This document shows positions 25,456 through 35,734 of a stretch of DNA of 51,304 bases, piece after piece. Position 1 is the first letter of the stretch, and each line of letters starts with the position of its first letter. A model generated the notes under the pieces. That model saw only the letters and a program-made list of their open reading frames with translations, was not told the origin of the DNA and made no database searches. The translations under genes were made by a program, and so were the position numbers. This DNA is from a virus (Duplodnaviria > Caudoviricetes): positions 1 through 51,304 of the IMG/VR virus record IMGVR_UViG_3300028586_000030. The stretch is one strand, 5' to 3'.

Positions 25456-25745
25456 TGGCCCTTCTTGCTCAGTACGGCGCTGTTGCATTGGCTGCTATCA
25501 CAGCCTTGCTTAGCGTCTGGTATGCAGGCAAAACTAAAGGCGAAGCTAATGCCAAAGTTAAAGCCGCTGAACAAAGAACCGAAGATCAGGAAGCAATCAA
25601 GGTTCAGGAAATCCAGAAAACAAAGGCTGCCGCGCAGGCGGAAGTCGAAACAGTGAGTAAAGCCAATGAAGCCCTATCGGATGTTAATGCTATGTCTGAC
25701 GATGCCGTTCTTGCTGAACTGCGCCGGGACTACACACAGAACTGA
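25452..25745 (+). CDS. Inner-membrane spanin (Rz-like)
   Basis: N-terminal TM helix plus coiled coil after the endolysin. Confidence 0.8.
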   Translation: MMALLAQYGAVALAAITALLSVWYAGKTKGEANAKVKAAEQRTEDQEAIKVQEIQKTKAAAQAEVETVSKANEALSDVNAMSDDAVLAELRRDYTQN

Positions 25746-25911
25746 GACTGTTACCCACACTGTCGAGAAGGCACCCGTAGTTATCGACACGTCCTGTAAG
25801 TGGGTTAAGTTCATCCGTGTTAATCCAGAAGACGACATCACAGCTAAAACCGCCCGCCAAATCGTTGCGCATAATCGCGCTGTCTTCGCCAACTGTGGCG
25901 CATCTAAATAA
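25666..25911 (+). CDS. Outer-membrane spanin lipoprotein (Rz1-like), overlapping
   Basis: Lipobox LLN-C; overlaps the i-spanin 3' end; DTSC.W...HN...C. Confidence 0.82.
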   Translation: MKPYRMLMLCLTMPFLLNCAGTTHRTETVTHTVEKAPVVIDTSCKWVKFIRVNPEDDITAKTARQIVAHNRAVFANCGASK

Positions 25912-25978
25912 TCGTCTTGCTTTTGTTTTGGAAATATTCGCTGTATAGTTCGACCAACTTTACAGCGAATTCAAAACG

Positions 25979-26473
25979 ATGGAAGAGCAGGCGCTAGAAA
26001 AGACGGCATTCGCCGCACTACTCTATAACAGTCCGGGGGTCAATACCTTTGAGGCTGCGCTTTCTCTATTCCCCGATACAGGCGAAGCTTTGCGCGTGTC
26101 GCAGCAATGGCCGCGTGATCCGTTTGTGCTTCAAGAGATTGCAAGATTTGCCGGTGAAAGTTCTGCTATTGAAAATGCAATCCCAACCAAAGAAGATTTA
26201 ATGCGTAAGGTTTGGGGCTGGATTGATACGCAGGGCGGGCTAATGACTTTCGATGAGAAAATCAAAGCCGCAAAACTTTACGCTGAACTTGGAACAATGA
26301 TTCAGAAACCTGAACCTGTTAAAGCTGACGACCAAACATTTAATCACAAAGTCTTTATGTACAGGGACTTTGGAACACCTGAAAATTGGGAAGATAAGTT
26401 GCTTCGTCAGCAACAGGGTTTAATAGAAGATGGCTTGAAAGATATCGCGGGTGACGTCGTTGCAAGCGATTAA
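25979..26473 (+). CDS. Terminase small subunit (positional)
   Basis: 164 aa directly upstream of TerL. Confidence 0.6.
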   Translation: MEEQALEKTAFAALLYNSPGVNTFEAALSLFPDTGEALRVSQQWPRDPFVLQEIARFAGESSAIENAIPTKEDLMRKVWGWIDTQGGLMTFDEKIKAAKLYAELGTMIQKPEPVKADDQTFNHKVFMYRDFGTPENWEDKLLRQQQGLIEDGLKDIAGDVVASD

Positions 26474-26474
26474 T

Positions 26475-27989
26475 ATGTATAAAAAGGAATGGCGTCCTAT
26501 TCCTAACTCATCCCAAGAGTTAGCGCTTGACAGTCGGTGTAACGAAACGTGCTTTACCGGAACACGCGGTCCGGGCAAGACTGACTGCCAATTGGCCTAC
26601 TTTAAAAAGTTTGTCGGCATGGGTTACGGCTCGCATTGGAAAGGCGTTATATTCGATCAAGAATATAAAAGCTTGGACGACATTGTTGCAAAGTCTCATC
26701 GTATGTTTGCTGACTGCGGAGACGGCGCAAAGTTTAAAGCATCTAAATCAGATTACAAATGGGTTTGGCCGACTGGCGAAGAACTATTATTCCGTGAATT
26801 TAAAGACGAAAAAACTTATAGTAAATATCATGGTCAAGAATTCCCATTTATTGGTTGGAACGAACTAACTAAATGGGCGACCATTAGTTGTTACGAAATG
26901 ATGATGAGTTGTAATCGTTCGTCATTTGTTCCAGAGTTTAACCCTAAATACACCCGCGAAGGTTTAGAATACTTTCTTCCCCCAATTCCGTTGGTTATTT
27001 TTAGTACAACCAACAGTAGCGGTCCGGGTCACAACTGGGTTCGTCGTCGTTTTGTTAATCACGGCTACGGCAAAGTTATCAAAGAAACAACGGTTGTTTT
27101 CAACCCTAGAACTAAAAAAGAAGAAGAGGTTGTTCGTAGCCGCGTAACAATATTCGGAACTTGGAAAGAAAACATTTATCTTTCCACTACTTATATTGCC
27201 GGTCTAATGCAAAACTCTGACCCGATGCTTAAAAGGTCGTGGCTACTGGGCGATTGGGATATCGTTTCAGGTGGCGCTTTTGACGACCTGTGGTCGCGCC
27301 CAAGGCACGTACTGCCCCGGTTCAAGATTCCGGCTGGCTGGAAAGTGGACCGCGCCTTTGACTGGGGTTCTACGCACCCGTTCCATTGCGGTTGGTTTGC
27401 CGAAGCTAACGGCGAAGAAGTTTTGTTGTTCTATCCGGTGACTGGTCAGATTAAAAGGTTTGCACCTGCTGCCGGTTCGATCATTATGATTAACGAGTGG
27501 TACGGTGCCGAAGAGATCGGCAAAAACAAAGGCTTGAAAATGTCGGCTAAGAATGTAGCCAAAGGCATTTATGATATGGAAGTTGAAATGTACCAACAGG
27601 GATGGATTCTAGAAAGACCGGAACCGGGTCCGGCGGATAATCAAATCCGCGATGTTGTTCAAGAAGATGTCGAAACAATCGAATTAAAAATGCAGTCCGA
27701 AGATATTTATTGGATGCCTTCTGACAAATCGCCGGGTAGTCGTCGTAACGGTATGCAACTTACACGCGACCGTTTAGAAGCTGCGTTACCGGGCGGTGAA
27801 GGTCCGGCTTTTTATATAATGGACAATTGTCTTGCGACAATTGAAATCTTCCCTAAATTGCAGCGCGATAAAAAGAAACCTGACGACGTAGATACGGCTA
27901 CAGAAGATCACCCGTATGACACAATCCGGTATCGTATCCTAGCCAGCCCTAACAGGACTGCTAAAAACCCAACAATCAAAACGTTTTAA
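26475..27989 (+). CDS. terL: Terminase large subunit
   Basis: GTRGPGKT, YHGQEF.FIGWNEL, TTNSSGPGH.WV, FDWG, DDVDT..EDH.YD. Confidence 0.95.
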   Translation: MYKKEWRPIPNSSQELALDSRCNETCFTGTRGPGKTDCQLAYFKKFVGMGYGSHWKGVIFDQEYKSLDDIVAKSHRMFADCGDGAKFKASKSDYKWVWPTGEELLFREFKDEKTYSKYHGQEFPFIGWNELTKWATISCYEMMMSCNRSSFVPEFNPKYTREGLEYFLPPIPLVIFSTTNSSGPGHNWVRRRFVNHGYGKVIKETTVVFNPRTKKEEEVVRSRVTIFGTWKENIYLSTTYIAGLMQNSDPMLKRSWLLGDWDIVSGGAFDDLWSRPRHVLPRFKIPAGWKVDRAFDWGSTHPFHCGWFAEANGEEVLLFYPVTGQIKRFAPAAGSIIMINEWYGAEEIGKNKGLKMSAKNVAKGIYDMEVEMYQQGWILERPEPGPADNQIRDVVQEDVETIELKMQSEDIYWMPSDKSPGSRRNGMQLTRDRLEAALPGGEGPAFYIMDNCLATIEIFPKLQRDKKKPDDVDTATEDHPYDTIRYRILASPNRTAKNPTIKTF

Positions 27990-28001
27990 GAGGTTAAACA
28001 A

Positions 28002-29507
28002 ATGGCCGGTATCGTTCCAACAGGTGAAAGCTCTACAGGTATCCAGCCTTCTGCGGTTGATATCGAATTTACTCGCTCTGAGCTTGCAGACATGATGTAT
28101 CGGTATAAGGTCGTACGTCATGTTATTGAACAAAAGGTTGCCGAACAGGGCGAATTATATTTGCCTGACCCTAGCGGAAAACCAATGCATCAACGCACCG
28201 AAGACGATAAGATCAGATATGCTGACTATCGTAAACGGGCAATTTTTTATAACTTTGTTGGCCGAACGCTGACAGGGTTTGTTGGTCAAATCTTTAGCCG
28301 CGATGCAGAACAAAAAGTTCCGACTAGTCTAGATGCTGTTGTTAAAGACGCAACCGGCGACGGCCTAACGCTTGAACAGTTGGCAAAAGAGGCGTGCGCC
28401 GAAGTGTTGAGTGTGGGCAGGTATGGATTGCTTGTTGACTACCCCACGTTTCAAGAAGCACCGACTAAGGCTCAAGTAGATTCAGGTGAAGCCCGCCCCG
28501 TTATCATTCCTTTCCTCGGGGATAAGATTACCAACTGGAATACAAAGAAAGTTAAAGGTAAAACTATTCTTTGCTTCGTTGTATTGAAAGAAACTTATCT
28601 TAAAGATGAGAAGAATTATTTTGCACCTGAATTCGAAAACCAATGGCGTGTTTTGGATTTGGACGAAAATGGTATTTACCGTCAGCGGGTTTATCGGGTT
28701 GACGATCAATGGGGCGACCGTGAAGTTTATCCAGTTGCTAACGGTAAGAATCTTGATTACATTCCGTTCACGTTTATCGGTGCGGTAAACAACGACCCTA
28801 ATCCTGACTTGCCGCCAATGTACGATATGGCTTTGATTAACATCGGCCATTACCGTAATAGCGCCGATAACGAAGAAAGCATTTTCTTTAGCGGTCAACC
28901 CACATTTATTGTTACCGGCCTTAAAGAAACTTGGTTAAATAAAGTGCTTGGCGGGGTTATTCGATTTGGTTCAAGATTCGGGTTAGCTCTTGACGATAAG
29001 GCCGACGCTAAAGTTATTCAGGCTGCGCCAAACAGCGTTGTTCGCGAAGGTATGATTGACAAGCAAGAACAGCTTGCAAGTATGGGCGCTGAATTTCTTA
29101 AAGGCCAGACTGTTACCAAAACTGCAACAGAAGCTTCTATTGACGATTCGTCTAGAACTTCTGCAATTTCCAACGCAGCCAAAAACGTAAGTGCTGCGTT
29201 TAAATTTGCATTGGAATGTGCCTCTTTGTTCCAAGGCGAAGCGGAAGGCTCAGTCGAATTTAAGCTTAACTCGGAATTCGACTTAACCCGAATGACAGAA
29301 AGCGAACGCGCCCAGCTTGTTAAAGAATATCAAGCCAACCTCATTAGTTGGAATGAAGTTCGCGGAGCATTGCATAAAGCTGGCATTGCAACCGAAGACG
29401 ACGAAAAGGTTAAAAAAGAAATTGAAGAAAAAGAAGCTCAAGAAATTGAAAGAGCCGCTAAAGAGTTTGAAGCGACAACTCCTACTCAAATTCCATTGAC
29501 GGAGTAA
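28002..29507 (+). CDS. Portal protein (DUF4055-like)
   Basis: YLP..Y..RA.FYN..RT, IPF.F.G..N....D.PP....N.GHY..SAD.E, KTATE. Confidence 0.92.
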   Translation: MAGIVPTGESSTGIQPSAVDIEFTRSELADMMYRYKVVRHVIEQKVAEQGELYLPDPSGKPMHQRTEDDKIRYADYRKRAIFYNFVGRTLTGFVGQIFSRDAEQKVPTSLDAVVKDATGDGLTLEQLAKEACAEVLSVGRYGLLVDYPTFQEAPTKAQVDSGEARPVIIPFLGDKITNWNTKKVKGKTILCFVVLKETYLKDEKNYFAPEFENQWRVLDLDENGIYRQRVYRVDDQWGDREVYPVANGKNLDYIPFTFIGAVNNDPNPDLPPMYDMALINIGHYRNSADNEESIFFSGQPTFIVTGLKETWLNKVLGGVIRFGSRFGLALDDKADAKVIQAAPNSVVREGMIDKQEQLASMGAEFLKGQTVTKTATEASIDDSSRTSAISNAAKNVSAAFKFALECASLFQGEAEGSVEFKLNSEFDLTRMTESERAQLVKEYQANLISWNEVRGALHKAGIATEDDEKVKKEIEEKEAQEIERAAKEFEATTPTQIPLTE

Positions 29508-29510
29508 GCA

Positions 29511-30641
29511 ATGGATATTTCAGCGGCTAAAAGACTGTTCGATATTACAACGCGGCAAGCAATGTTTATCGAACAGGTTAAAATGGGGGAAACCGAAAGG
29601 CTTGCCGCAACATTGCAAGACCTTGAAAAAGATTTGATAAAGATTTTAGGTCGGTTGAAATATACCGAATTGGATTCCCTGAGCAAAGCAAAGCTGAATA
29701 TTCTTATTGCCGAAATTAAAGCTTCGCAGTCAAGGATATATAGCCGCTATCAATTGCAAGTTCTTGATCGGCTTCGCGACTTTATGGCCGCTACAACTGT
29801 GCAGACGATGAGGCTTTCGGCTTCTGTTTATTCCCACACTGGCGCGGACGATGACGTTCCGCTTCTAAGCGAAGAAGAGTCCCGCGAAGTTATTTACGCA
29901 GCGGCGGAAGAAAAAGAAAACAATGGTCTGTTTGGACTTCTTGTTTTAGCTGGCACTAATGCTGCGACAAATGCGATGTGGTCTAAGGTAAAGAACGCGC
30001 CTCTACCTTCCGGCGGTTCGCTTCTTTTAAACTTTGTAAACTTTGCATTTGCAAATGACATTGTAAAAACGGAAGCTGTTATTCGCAATGCTTGGGTTAA
30101 TAAGAAAACTGTTTCCGAGCTTAAAGCCGATTTGGTTGGCGGTACTAATAAGACCAAAGACGCAGAAGGTAAAGTTTCGGAAGAAATCGTTAAAGGCTCT
30201 ACCGCCCGTTTCAATACCGCGATGGGGGCCGTTCTAGCGACTGTCATACAGCACACGGCACAGCAGGCAATAAGCGCTGTAAACAGCACCCTATGGCCCC
30301 GGTATGTGTGGGTATCGGTCATAGATGGGGTTACAAGCGACATTTGCAGAAAGCGTAACGGCAAGACTTGGGTTTATGGCAAAGGCCCTATTCCCCCGGC
30401 GCATGTGAAATGCCGTTCTCATACAATGCCGTTCGAATACTACAACCCCGACTTCGAAATGCCGACTTTTTACGAATGGCTTAAAGAACAACCAGACGGC
30501 TTTATTACTTCTGTGTTTGGTAGTACAATCGCTGCCAAGTTCAAGAGCGGCAGCATTCGTGCAGCCGACTTTGATAAGTTTAACCCCGCAACATCGAAAA
30601 CCATTGTCGACTTCCTTAATGGAACCGATAAATTAATCTAA
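29511..30641 (+). CDS. Head morphogenesis protein (MuF/SPP1 gp7-like)
   Basis: WVSVID..TS.IC...G......PP.H..CRS. Confidence 0.88.
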   Translation: MDISAAKRLFDITTRQAMFIEQVKMGETERLAATLQDLEKDLIKILGRLKYTELDSLSKAKLNILIAEIKASQSRIYSRYQLQVLDRLRDFMAATTVQTMRLSASVYSHTGADDDVPLLSEEESREVIYAAAEEKENNGLFGLLVLAGTNAATNAMWSKVKNAPLPSGGSLLLNFVNFAFANDIVKTEAVIRNAWVNKKTVSELKADLVGGTNKTKDAEGKVSEEIVKGSTARFNTAMGAVLATVIQHTAQQAISAVNSTLWPRYVWVSVIDGVTSDICRKRNGKTWVYGKGPIPPAHVKCRSHTMPFEYYNPDFEMPTFYEWLKEQPDGFITSVFGSTIAAKFKSGSIRAADFDKFNPATSKTIVDFLNGTDKLI

Positions 30642-30679
30642 CCCGGCGATGCTGGGCAAATAAATAGGCGGTGCTTATT

Positions 30680-31399
30680 ATGCTTACGAAAAAAATTACT
30701 AAAGAACAATACGAAGCTTTGCCTGATGTGCTTAAGGCAGAGTATAAAGGCGACGGCGCGGGATATGTTTTGGATGTAGAAGCCGATGAAGACACGTCTG
30801 CTTTGAAGAATGCTTTGCAACGCGAGAAAGAAGAACGTAACCGTTTAGCGGAAGAAGCCCGCACTTTGCGCGAAGCTAACGCGGAAAGACTGCGTACCGA
30901 AGAACAACGTATTCGCGATGGCATTATAGCCGGTGGAAACGTTACCGAAATTCGCGCCGCTCTTGAACAAGAACGCGAACAACTACGCACTGAATTGACC
31001 GGAACCATCGGCAATAAAGACAAGATCATTGCTAAGCTGTTGGTTGACGATAAGGCTCAGGCTCTTGCTTCGCAACTTGCAGGCGAGCGGGCAGCTTTGC
31101 TTTTGCCTCATATTCGCTCGCGTCTGGCTGCGGACTTTGCCGACGATAACCCGCGCTGTGTAGTTGTTGCCGAAAACGGCGGGCCTTCGACTCTCAGTAT
31201 TGAGGACTTGAAAAAAGAGTTCTTGAACAACCCGCTGTTCGCCACTATTCTAGTAGGCGTTAAGTCTTCGGGCGGTGCTACTGACCGGAGCAATGGGGGC
31301 GGTGCTTCCAAAAAACCAGAAGATTACACCGCGCAAGAGCGCAACGAACTTTTCCGCACAAACCGCGAAGAGTTCGACCGACTTTTCTCCCCCAAGTAA
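30680..31399 (+). CDS. Capsid scaffolding protein
   Basis: Coiled coil, SGGA..GG C-terminus, precedes the MCP. Confidence 0.82.
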   Translation: MLTKKITKEQYEALPDVLKAEYKGDGAGYVLDVEADEDTSALKNALQREKEERNRLAEEARTLREANAERLRTEEQRIRDGIIAGGNVTEIRAALEQEREQLRTELTGTIGNKDKIIAKLLVDDKAQALASQLAGERAALLLPHIRSRLAADFADDNPRCVVVAENGGPSTLSIEDLKKEFLNNPLFATILVGVKSSGGATDRSNGGGASKKPEDYTAQERNELFRTNREEFDRLFSPK

Positions 31400-31413
31400 T
31401 AGGAAGTTAAAAC

Positions 31414-32460
31414 ATGGCCGGTCCAGTCCGTCTAAGTGATGTTGTTATCCCCGAGGTCTACATGACCTATCAGGCGCTGAACACGCCTGAGCTTACCGCC
31501 ATCTTTCAATCGGGCATTATCGCCACGAACGACTTGCTTAACGGTATTGCCCGCAGCGGCGGTAATACGGCAGTTGTTCCATTCTGGCAAGATTTGGATT
31601 CGTCCCTTGAGCCGGATATGACGAACGATGACCCAGCCGACTTCGCAACGCCTGATAAAGTCGGCACCGGGCAAATGAAGTGCCGTAAAGCCTTCATGCA
31701 CAAAGCATGGGCTTCGATGGATTTGATTGTCGAACTTTCCGGCGCTGAACCCCTGCAACACATTCGCAATCGTTTCGGCACTTACTGGGTTCGTCAATGG
31801 CAGCGCCGCGTTATCGCGATGACTATCGGCCTTTACCGTGCGAACGTTGCCAAGAACGGCGGGGACATGGTTAAAGACGTAAGCGCCGAAGCTGGCACTG
31901 ACGCCATTTTCAACGCCGACGCCGTTATCGATGCGTCCGGGACAATGGGTGACGCGGCGGGCAGCTTTTCGGCAATCATGGTGCATTCGAACGTTCGTCA
32001 GCGTATGCTGAAAAACAATGAAATCGAATACATCAAAGATAGCGAAGGCCGTCTTGTGATGGAACTTTACAAGAGCCTGCGTATTATCGTCGATGACGCA
32101 ATGCCTGTTCTGTCCGGCGCTAACGCTGACCGCGTTTACCTTTCCGTTCTGATGGGCGGCGGCGCTTTCGGTTACGGTTCGGTCGATGGCCACGCGTTTG
32201 CGCTGGGCGAGGGTATCCCGAAAAACCCGAGCTATGTTGAACGCGAAGAACTTGCCGGTAACGGCGGCGGTGAAGAAATCATCGGTGAACGGAAAACCCA
32301 AATCCTGCACCCGCAGGGCTTCACTTGGGATGAACCGACCGACGCGGATGCACTCACCGAGTTCTCCCCAACGCTTTCGGATTTGGTCAAAGCTGCGCCT
32401 TGGCGTCGTGTTGTCTCCCGCAAGCAAGTCCCTTTTGCGTTCCTTGTCTCCAAGGCTTAA
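31414..32460 (+). CDS. Major capsid protein
   Basis: LSDV..PEV, SGI, PFW.DL, R...YW, GNGGG, HP.G; highly biased codons; followed by a terminator. Confidence 0.92.
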   Translation: MAGPVRLSDVVIPEVYMTYQALNTPELTAIFQSGIIATNDLLNGIARSGGNTAVVPFWQDLDSSLEPDMTNDDPADFATPDKVGTGQMKCRKAFMHKAWASMDLIVELSGAEPLQHIRNRFGTYWVRQWQRRVIAMTIGLYRANVAKNGGDMVKDVSAEAGTDAIFNADAVIDASGTMGDAAGSFSAIMVHSNVRQRMLKNNEIEYIKDSEGRLVMELYKSLRIIVDDAMPVLSGANADRVYLSVLMGGGAFGYGSVDGHAFALGEGIPKNPSYVEREELAGNGGGEEIIGERKTQILHPQGFTWDEPTDADALTEFSPTLSDLVKAAPWRRVVSRKQVPFAFLVSKA

Positions 32461-32470
32461 CGCGAAAACT

Positions 32471-32495
32471 GTTAGGGGCTTCGGCCCCTAGCTTT
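32471..32495 (+). terminator. Terminator with cUUCGg tetraloop
   Basis: TAGGGGC-TTCG-GCCCCTA followed by GCTTT. Confidence 0.75.
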
Positions 32496-32520
32496 CATTT
32501 AAGCTAAAGGAATCATTCAA

Positions 32521-32814
32521 ATGAAACCGCTCGACGAACGCAAGGCACACCGTAAAGAACAACGCCGTCTTCTTGGCGAAGGGAATGTTATCCCTGATGT
32601 GAACAAGAATCCGGCGCAACAAGCTTCCGGCCAAAAGACCGATATGTTTTCGGAAATGACCGACCAACAGTTGGTCGCATGGGTAGAAAGCAAAGGTCAC
32701 AAAATCCCGGACGACGTTGCAAGCCCGGAAGCCGCTCGCGAATACGCCCGTAATCTGAATACCTATCTGGAATCGGACGAAGGCAAACAAAACCCGGACA
32801 AAGCTGGTTGGTAA
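32521..32814 (+). CDS. Hypothetical head-associated protein
   Basis: SD AAGGA; lies between MCP and adaptor. Confidence 0.7.
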   Translation: MKPLDERKAHRKEQRRLLGEGNVIPDVNKNPAQQASGQKTDMFSEMTDQQLVAWVESKGHKIPDDVASPEAAREYARNLNTYLESDEGKQNPDKAGW

Positions 32815-32826
32815 GGAGATAAACTA

Positions 32827-33324
32827 ATGCCCTTGATTATCGAAGATGGTAGCGCGGTGCAAGATGCAAATAGTTACGTTGGTCTAGAAGAGGCTCGCGA
32901 ACTTGCACTGCTCAGGGGCATTACTTTATCGCCTAACGACAATGAGCTTACAGCGCATCTAATCAATGCTGCTGACCGCATAACAACCTATGAATCTCAC
33001 TTTACAGGCTATCGGGTTTCCGGCGCGCAAGGCTTGAGCTATCCGCGAACAGGTTCGTACCGTTACGGTTCGGCTTTCCCGTTTGAGTCTATCCCTAAAG
33101 AGTTGAAGCTTGCTCAGGTTGTAATGGCGGGTATCCTTGAAGAAGGCGGCGAACTTTGGGCTACCGGCACGTCTGGTATTACCCGCGAAAAAGTCGGCCC
33201 CCTCGAAACTGAATACAGCGACACGGCGGCAGATAGTGTGGGCAATCCTGTACTTCCGCAAATCGATTCAATCCTTACTCCGCTCTTTATTCCGGTCAGT
33301 GTTAACTTTCGAGTTGGCCGATAA
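32827..33324 (+). CDS. Head-tail adaptor
   Basis: LIIEDGS...ANSYV, Q.L.YPR, IP.E.K.AQ, EKVGPLE.EY. Confidence 0.85.
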   Translation: MPLIIEDGSAVQDANSYVGLEEARELALLRGITLSPNDNELTAHLINAADRITTYESHFTGYRVSGAQGLSYPRTGSYRYGSAFPFESIPKELKLAQVVMAGILEEGGELWATGTSGITREKVGPLETEYSDTAADSVGNPVLPQIDSILTPLFIPVSVNFRVGR

Positions 33325-33695
33325 TGGCCGTTTACGGAAGACAAATCAAATCCGCAAAACGGATGATTGCCAAATACGGGCAATACTGCAAATGGACTGA
33401 GCCCGGTAAAGTCGAAGAAACTGACGAACCTTGGAATCAAGAACCCGCAGTTGATATCGTTCACGAAAACATCAAGATCGCTTTTTTTACGAATACAAAG
33501 AAAACGTTTGAGCGTGCTTTAGGCGGAGATGTTGTTTTCGGTAACTCGCTTGCTTATATGGCGGCTGTAAACTTTAAGCCTAGCGTTGATCATACCATTA
33601 CTAAAGCCGATGGGTCATTGGTGACGATTGTTAACATTGACGAAATTAATGTTAACGGGGAATCGATTTTGTTTACGATTGAGTGTAACCAATGA
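33324..33695 (+). CDS. Head closure/stopper protein
   Basis: A.RMI.KYG pattern; position. Confidence 0.7.
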   Translation: MAVYGRQIKSAKRMIAKYGQYCKWTEPGKVEETDEPWNQEPAVDIVHENIKIAFFTNTKKTFERALGGDVVFGNSLAYMAAVNFKPSVDHTITKADGSLVTIVNIDEINVNGESILFTIECNQ

Positions 33696-34150
33696 CATAC
33701 GATGAAGCTAGCGAAGCCTTAAACCAAATGTTTTGGGGAAAGTTTAAAGCCGACTCTCTATCGTTGCTCGGGTATGTGCCCACAGTGTATTGGCCGTTCA
33801 CTGTTGAGCCGCTTAGCGCTCCGGTGGATAAGTTTTGGTGTCGTGTTTCTCGTAAAACAATGCCTAAAGAATTGGCAGGCTTTGGAGAAGGTGACGTTAA
33901 TCGATCCGCTCGTTACGACACCTTTGGCGTTTACTTTATTCAAATGTTTTATCCCCAATCCGATAAAAGAGCATCGTCTCTTTTCCCGCAGTTGGCCCAA
34001 ATTGCCGAAGATTGTTTTCTTGGCAAACATGACCCGAGTAATTTGCTTTGGGTTAGAAACGTTGCAACGAAAGAGCTAGACCCGGAAAAAACGTGGTTCT
34101 GTTTGAACGTTGTTGTTGAATTTACTTATCAAGCGATACGGAGTAATTAA
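33692..34150 (+). CDS. Tail terminator protein
   Basis: V.WP, W.R, G...IQ.F.P, W...NV..EF.Y; precedes the tail tube gene. Confidence 0.72.
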   Translation: MTYDEASEALNQMFWGKFKADSLSLLGYVPTVYWPFTVEPLSAPVDKFWCRVSRKTMPKELAGFGEGDVNRSARYDTFGVYFIQMFYPQSDKRASSLFPQLAQIAEDCFLGKHDPSNLLWVRNVATKELDPEKTWFCLNVVVEFTYQAIRSN

Positions 34151-34151
34151 A

Positions 34152-35672
34152 ATGGCTGCTAATAAGCAAGACAGCAACCGGACGGGTCTGGCAATTGCCG
34201 AAGAACAATCCCTTCGGGTTCTCCCTGCCAATCCGATTTGGTATACCCAAGAGCCAAACGAATACTCGGACTTTGGTTCCGAGCTTACGCTTGTTGCTCG
34301 TTCGCCAATCAATCCTAGTCGCCAGAATCAGAAAGGTGGCGTTGTTGACTTGGACGCGTCGGGGGGTTTCAATCAAGACGTTACGCAGACAAACCTTCAA
34401 CGCGTGTTGCAAGGTTTCTTCTTCGCGGATGCTCACGAGAAAGCCAAAAGCGACTATCTGTCGAAAGCTACCAACGTCGTTACGGCTATTCTGGACGAAG
34501 CGATTACTTTCGATGATGATTTCATCGTTGCTGTTCCGTCCGGCGCTCTGGCGTTGTTGAAAGACTTCGCTTCGCCGGTAAACAACGGCCTGAAAGTTGT
34601 CACCACTGGCGGCTTGAACGATATCGGAATTGCTGGTTTGGTTAACGACGCTTTCCCCGGCGACGGCAGTGTTGAAGTGTGTGGGCATCAGTTTGCTGCT
34701 GGTGATGTTTCTTTGACCTTCGTTAACGGTGTTGCCGCGCTTACCGCCACTGCGTTCAATATGACTTCACTGGGTTTGATTCCCGGCGAATGGGTTTATG
34801 TTGGCGGCGATGCGGACGCGTCTAACTTCGGCGCTGGTTCTCGCGGTTATGCACGGGTTAAAAGCATTTCCCAAACAGCTTTGGTTTTCGATAAAGTTAC
34901 TTGGGCCAACTTCGGCGCTGTTGCCGGTGCCGGTAAAACGGTTCGTATCTTTTTCGGTACTGCTTTCCGAAACGAAAAGAACCCCGATCTTATCAAGCGC
35001 CGTACTTATTCGCTTGAGCGTACGCTGGGTAATGACGATGACGGCGCGCAAGCTGAATACCTTGACGGTGCAGTTCCGAACGAGCTTACCATCAACATTC
35101 CGCAAGCTGAAAAGCTTAACGCCGACCTTACGTTTGTTGCGCTGGATAACGCTCAACGTACAGGTGCGGAAGGTTTGCGCCCCGGTACACGCATGCCTGC
35201 GTTGGGCGAGGCTTTGTTCAACACAAGCTCCAACGTGTTCCGCATGCGTATGTCGGTAGTTGATGATTCGAACACTAACCCGAATCCTTTCTTTGCATAC
35301 ATTACCGAAGGCACGGTGATGGTAAATAACGGCGTTACCCCGGATAAAGCCGTTGGTGTTCTTGGCGCGTTTGATACTTCATCGGGCAACTTCGAAGTTA
35401 GCGGCGATGTTACTGCTTACTTCTCTACGGTTGCTGCGGTTAAAGCAATTCGTCAAAACGCAGATGTGTCTATTGACTTCGTTTTCGCTGCAAACAACGC
35501 GGGCTTCGTTATCGATATCCCTCTTCTTGCACTGGGCGGCGGTCGTCTGGACATTGCGGCTGGCGAGTCGATCAAGCTTCCGCTCGAAATGTCGGCTGCT
35601 GAAAACAAGGCTGGCTATACGCTGATGATGTGCTTTTTTCCTTACTTGCCTAACGTCGCGATTCCATCGTAA
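34152..35672 (+). CDS. Major tail (tube) protein
   Basis: 506 aa; DSN.TGL, RSPI..SRQ..KG...DLDASG, GNFEVSG..TAYF; followed by hairpin and chaperones. Confidence 0.88.
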   Translation: MAANKQDSNRTGLAIAEEQSLRVLPANPIWYTQEPNEYSDFGSELTLVARSPINPSRQNQKGGVVDLDASGGFNQDVTQTNLQRVLQGFFFADAHEKAKSDYLSKATNVVTAILDEAITFDDDFIVAVPSGALALLKDFASPVNNGLKVVTTGGLNDIGIAGLVNDAFPGDGSVEVCGHQFAAGDVSLTFVNGVAALTATAFNMTSLGLIPGEWVYVGGDADASNFGAGSRGYARVKSISQTALVFDKVTWANFGAVAGAGKTVRIFFGTAFRNEKNPDLIKRRTYSLERTLGNDDDGAQAEYLDGAVPNELTINIPQAEKLNADLTFVALDNAQRTGAEGLRPGTRMPALGEALFNTSSNVFRMRMSVVDDSNTNPNPFFAYITEGTVMVNNGVTPDKAVGVLGAFDTSSGNFEVSGDVTAYFSTVAAVKAIRQNADVSIDFVFAANNAGFVIDIPLLALGGGRLDIAAGESIKLPLEMSAAENKAGYTLMMCFFPYLPNVAIPS

Positions 35673-35693
35673 ACTTGGCGCAACACTAACCAG

Positions 35694-35716
35694 ACCCGGC
35701 CACTGTGCCGGGTTTT
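35694..35716 (+). terminator. Intrinsic terminator
   Basis: ACCCGGC-CACTGT-GCCGGGTTTT. Confidence 0.75.
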
Positions 35717-35734
35717 CTATATAAGGTATTTGCT

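Noticed and set aside
31432-32427. 331-aa antisense ORF over the capsid gene (also 23237-23923, 34122-34688)
   Set aside because: Expected from strong codon bias on the sense strand; no SD or recognisable motifs
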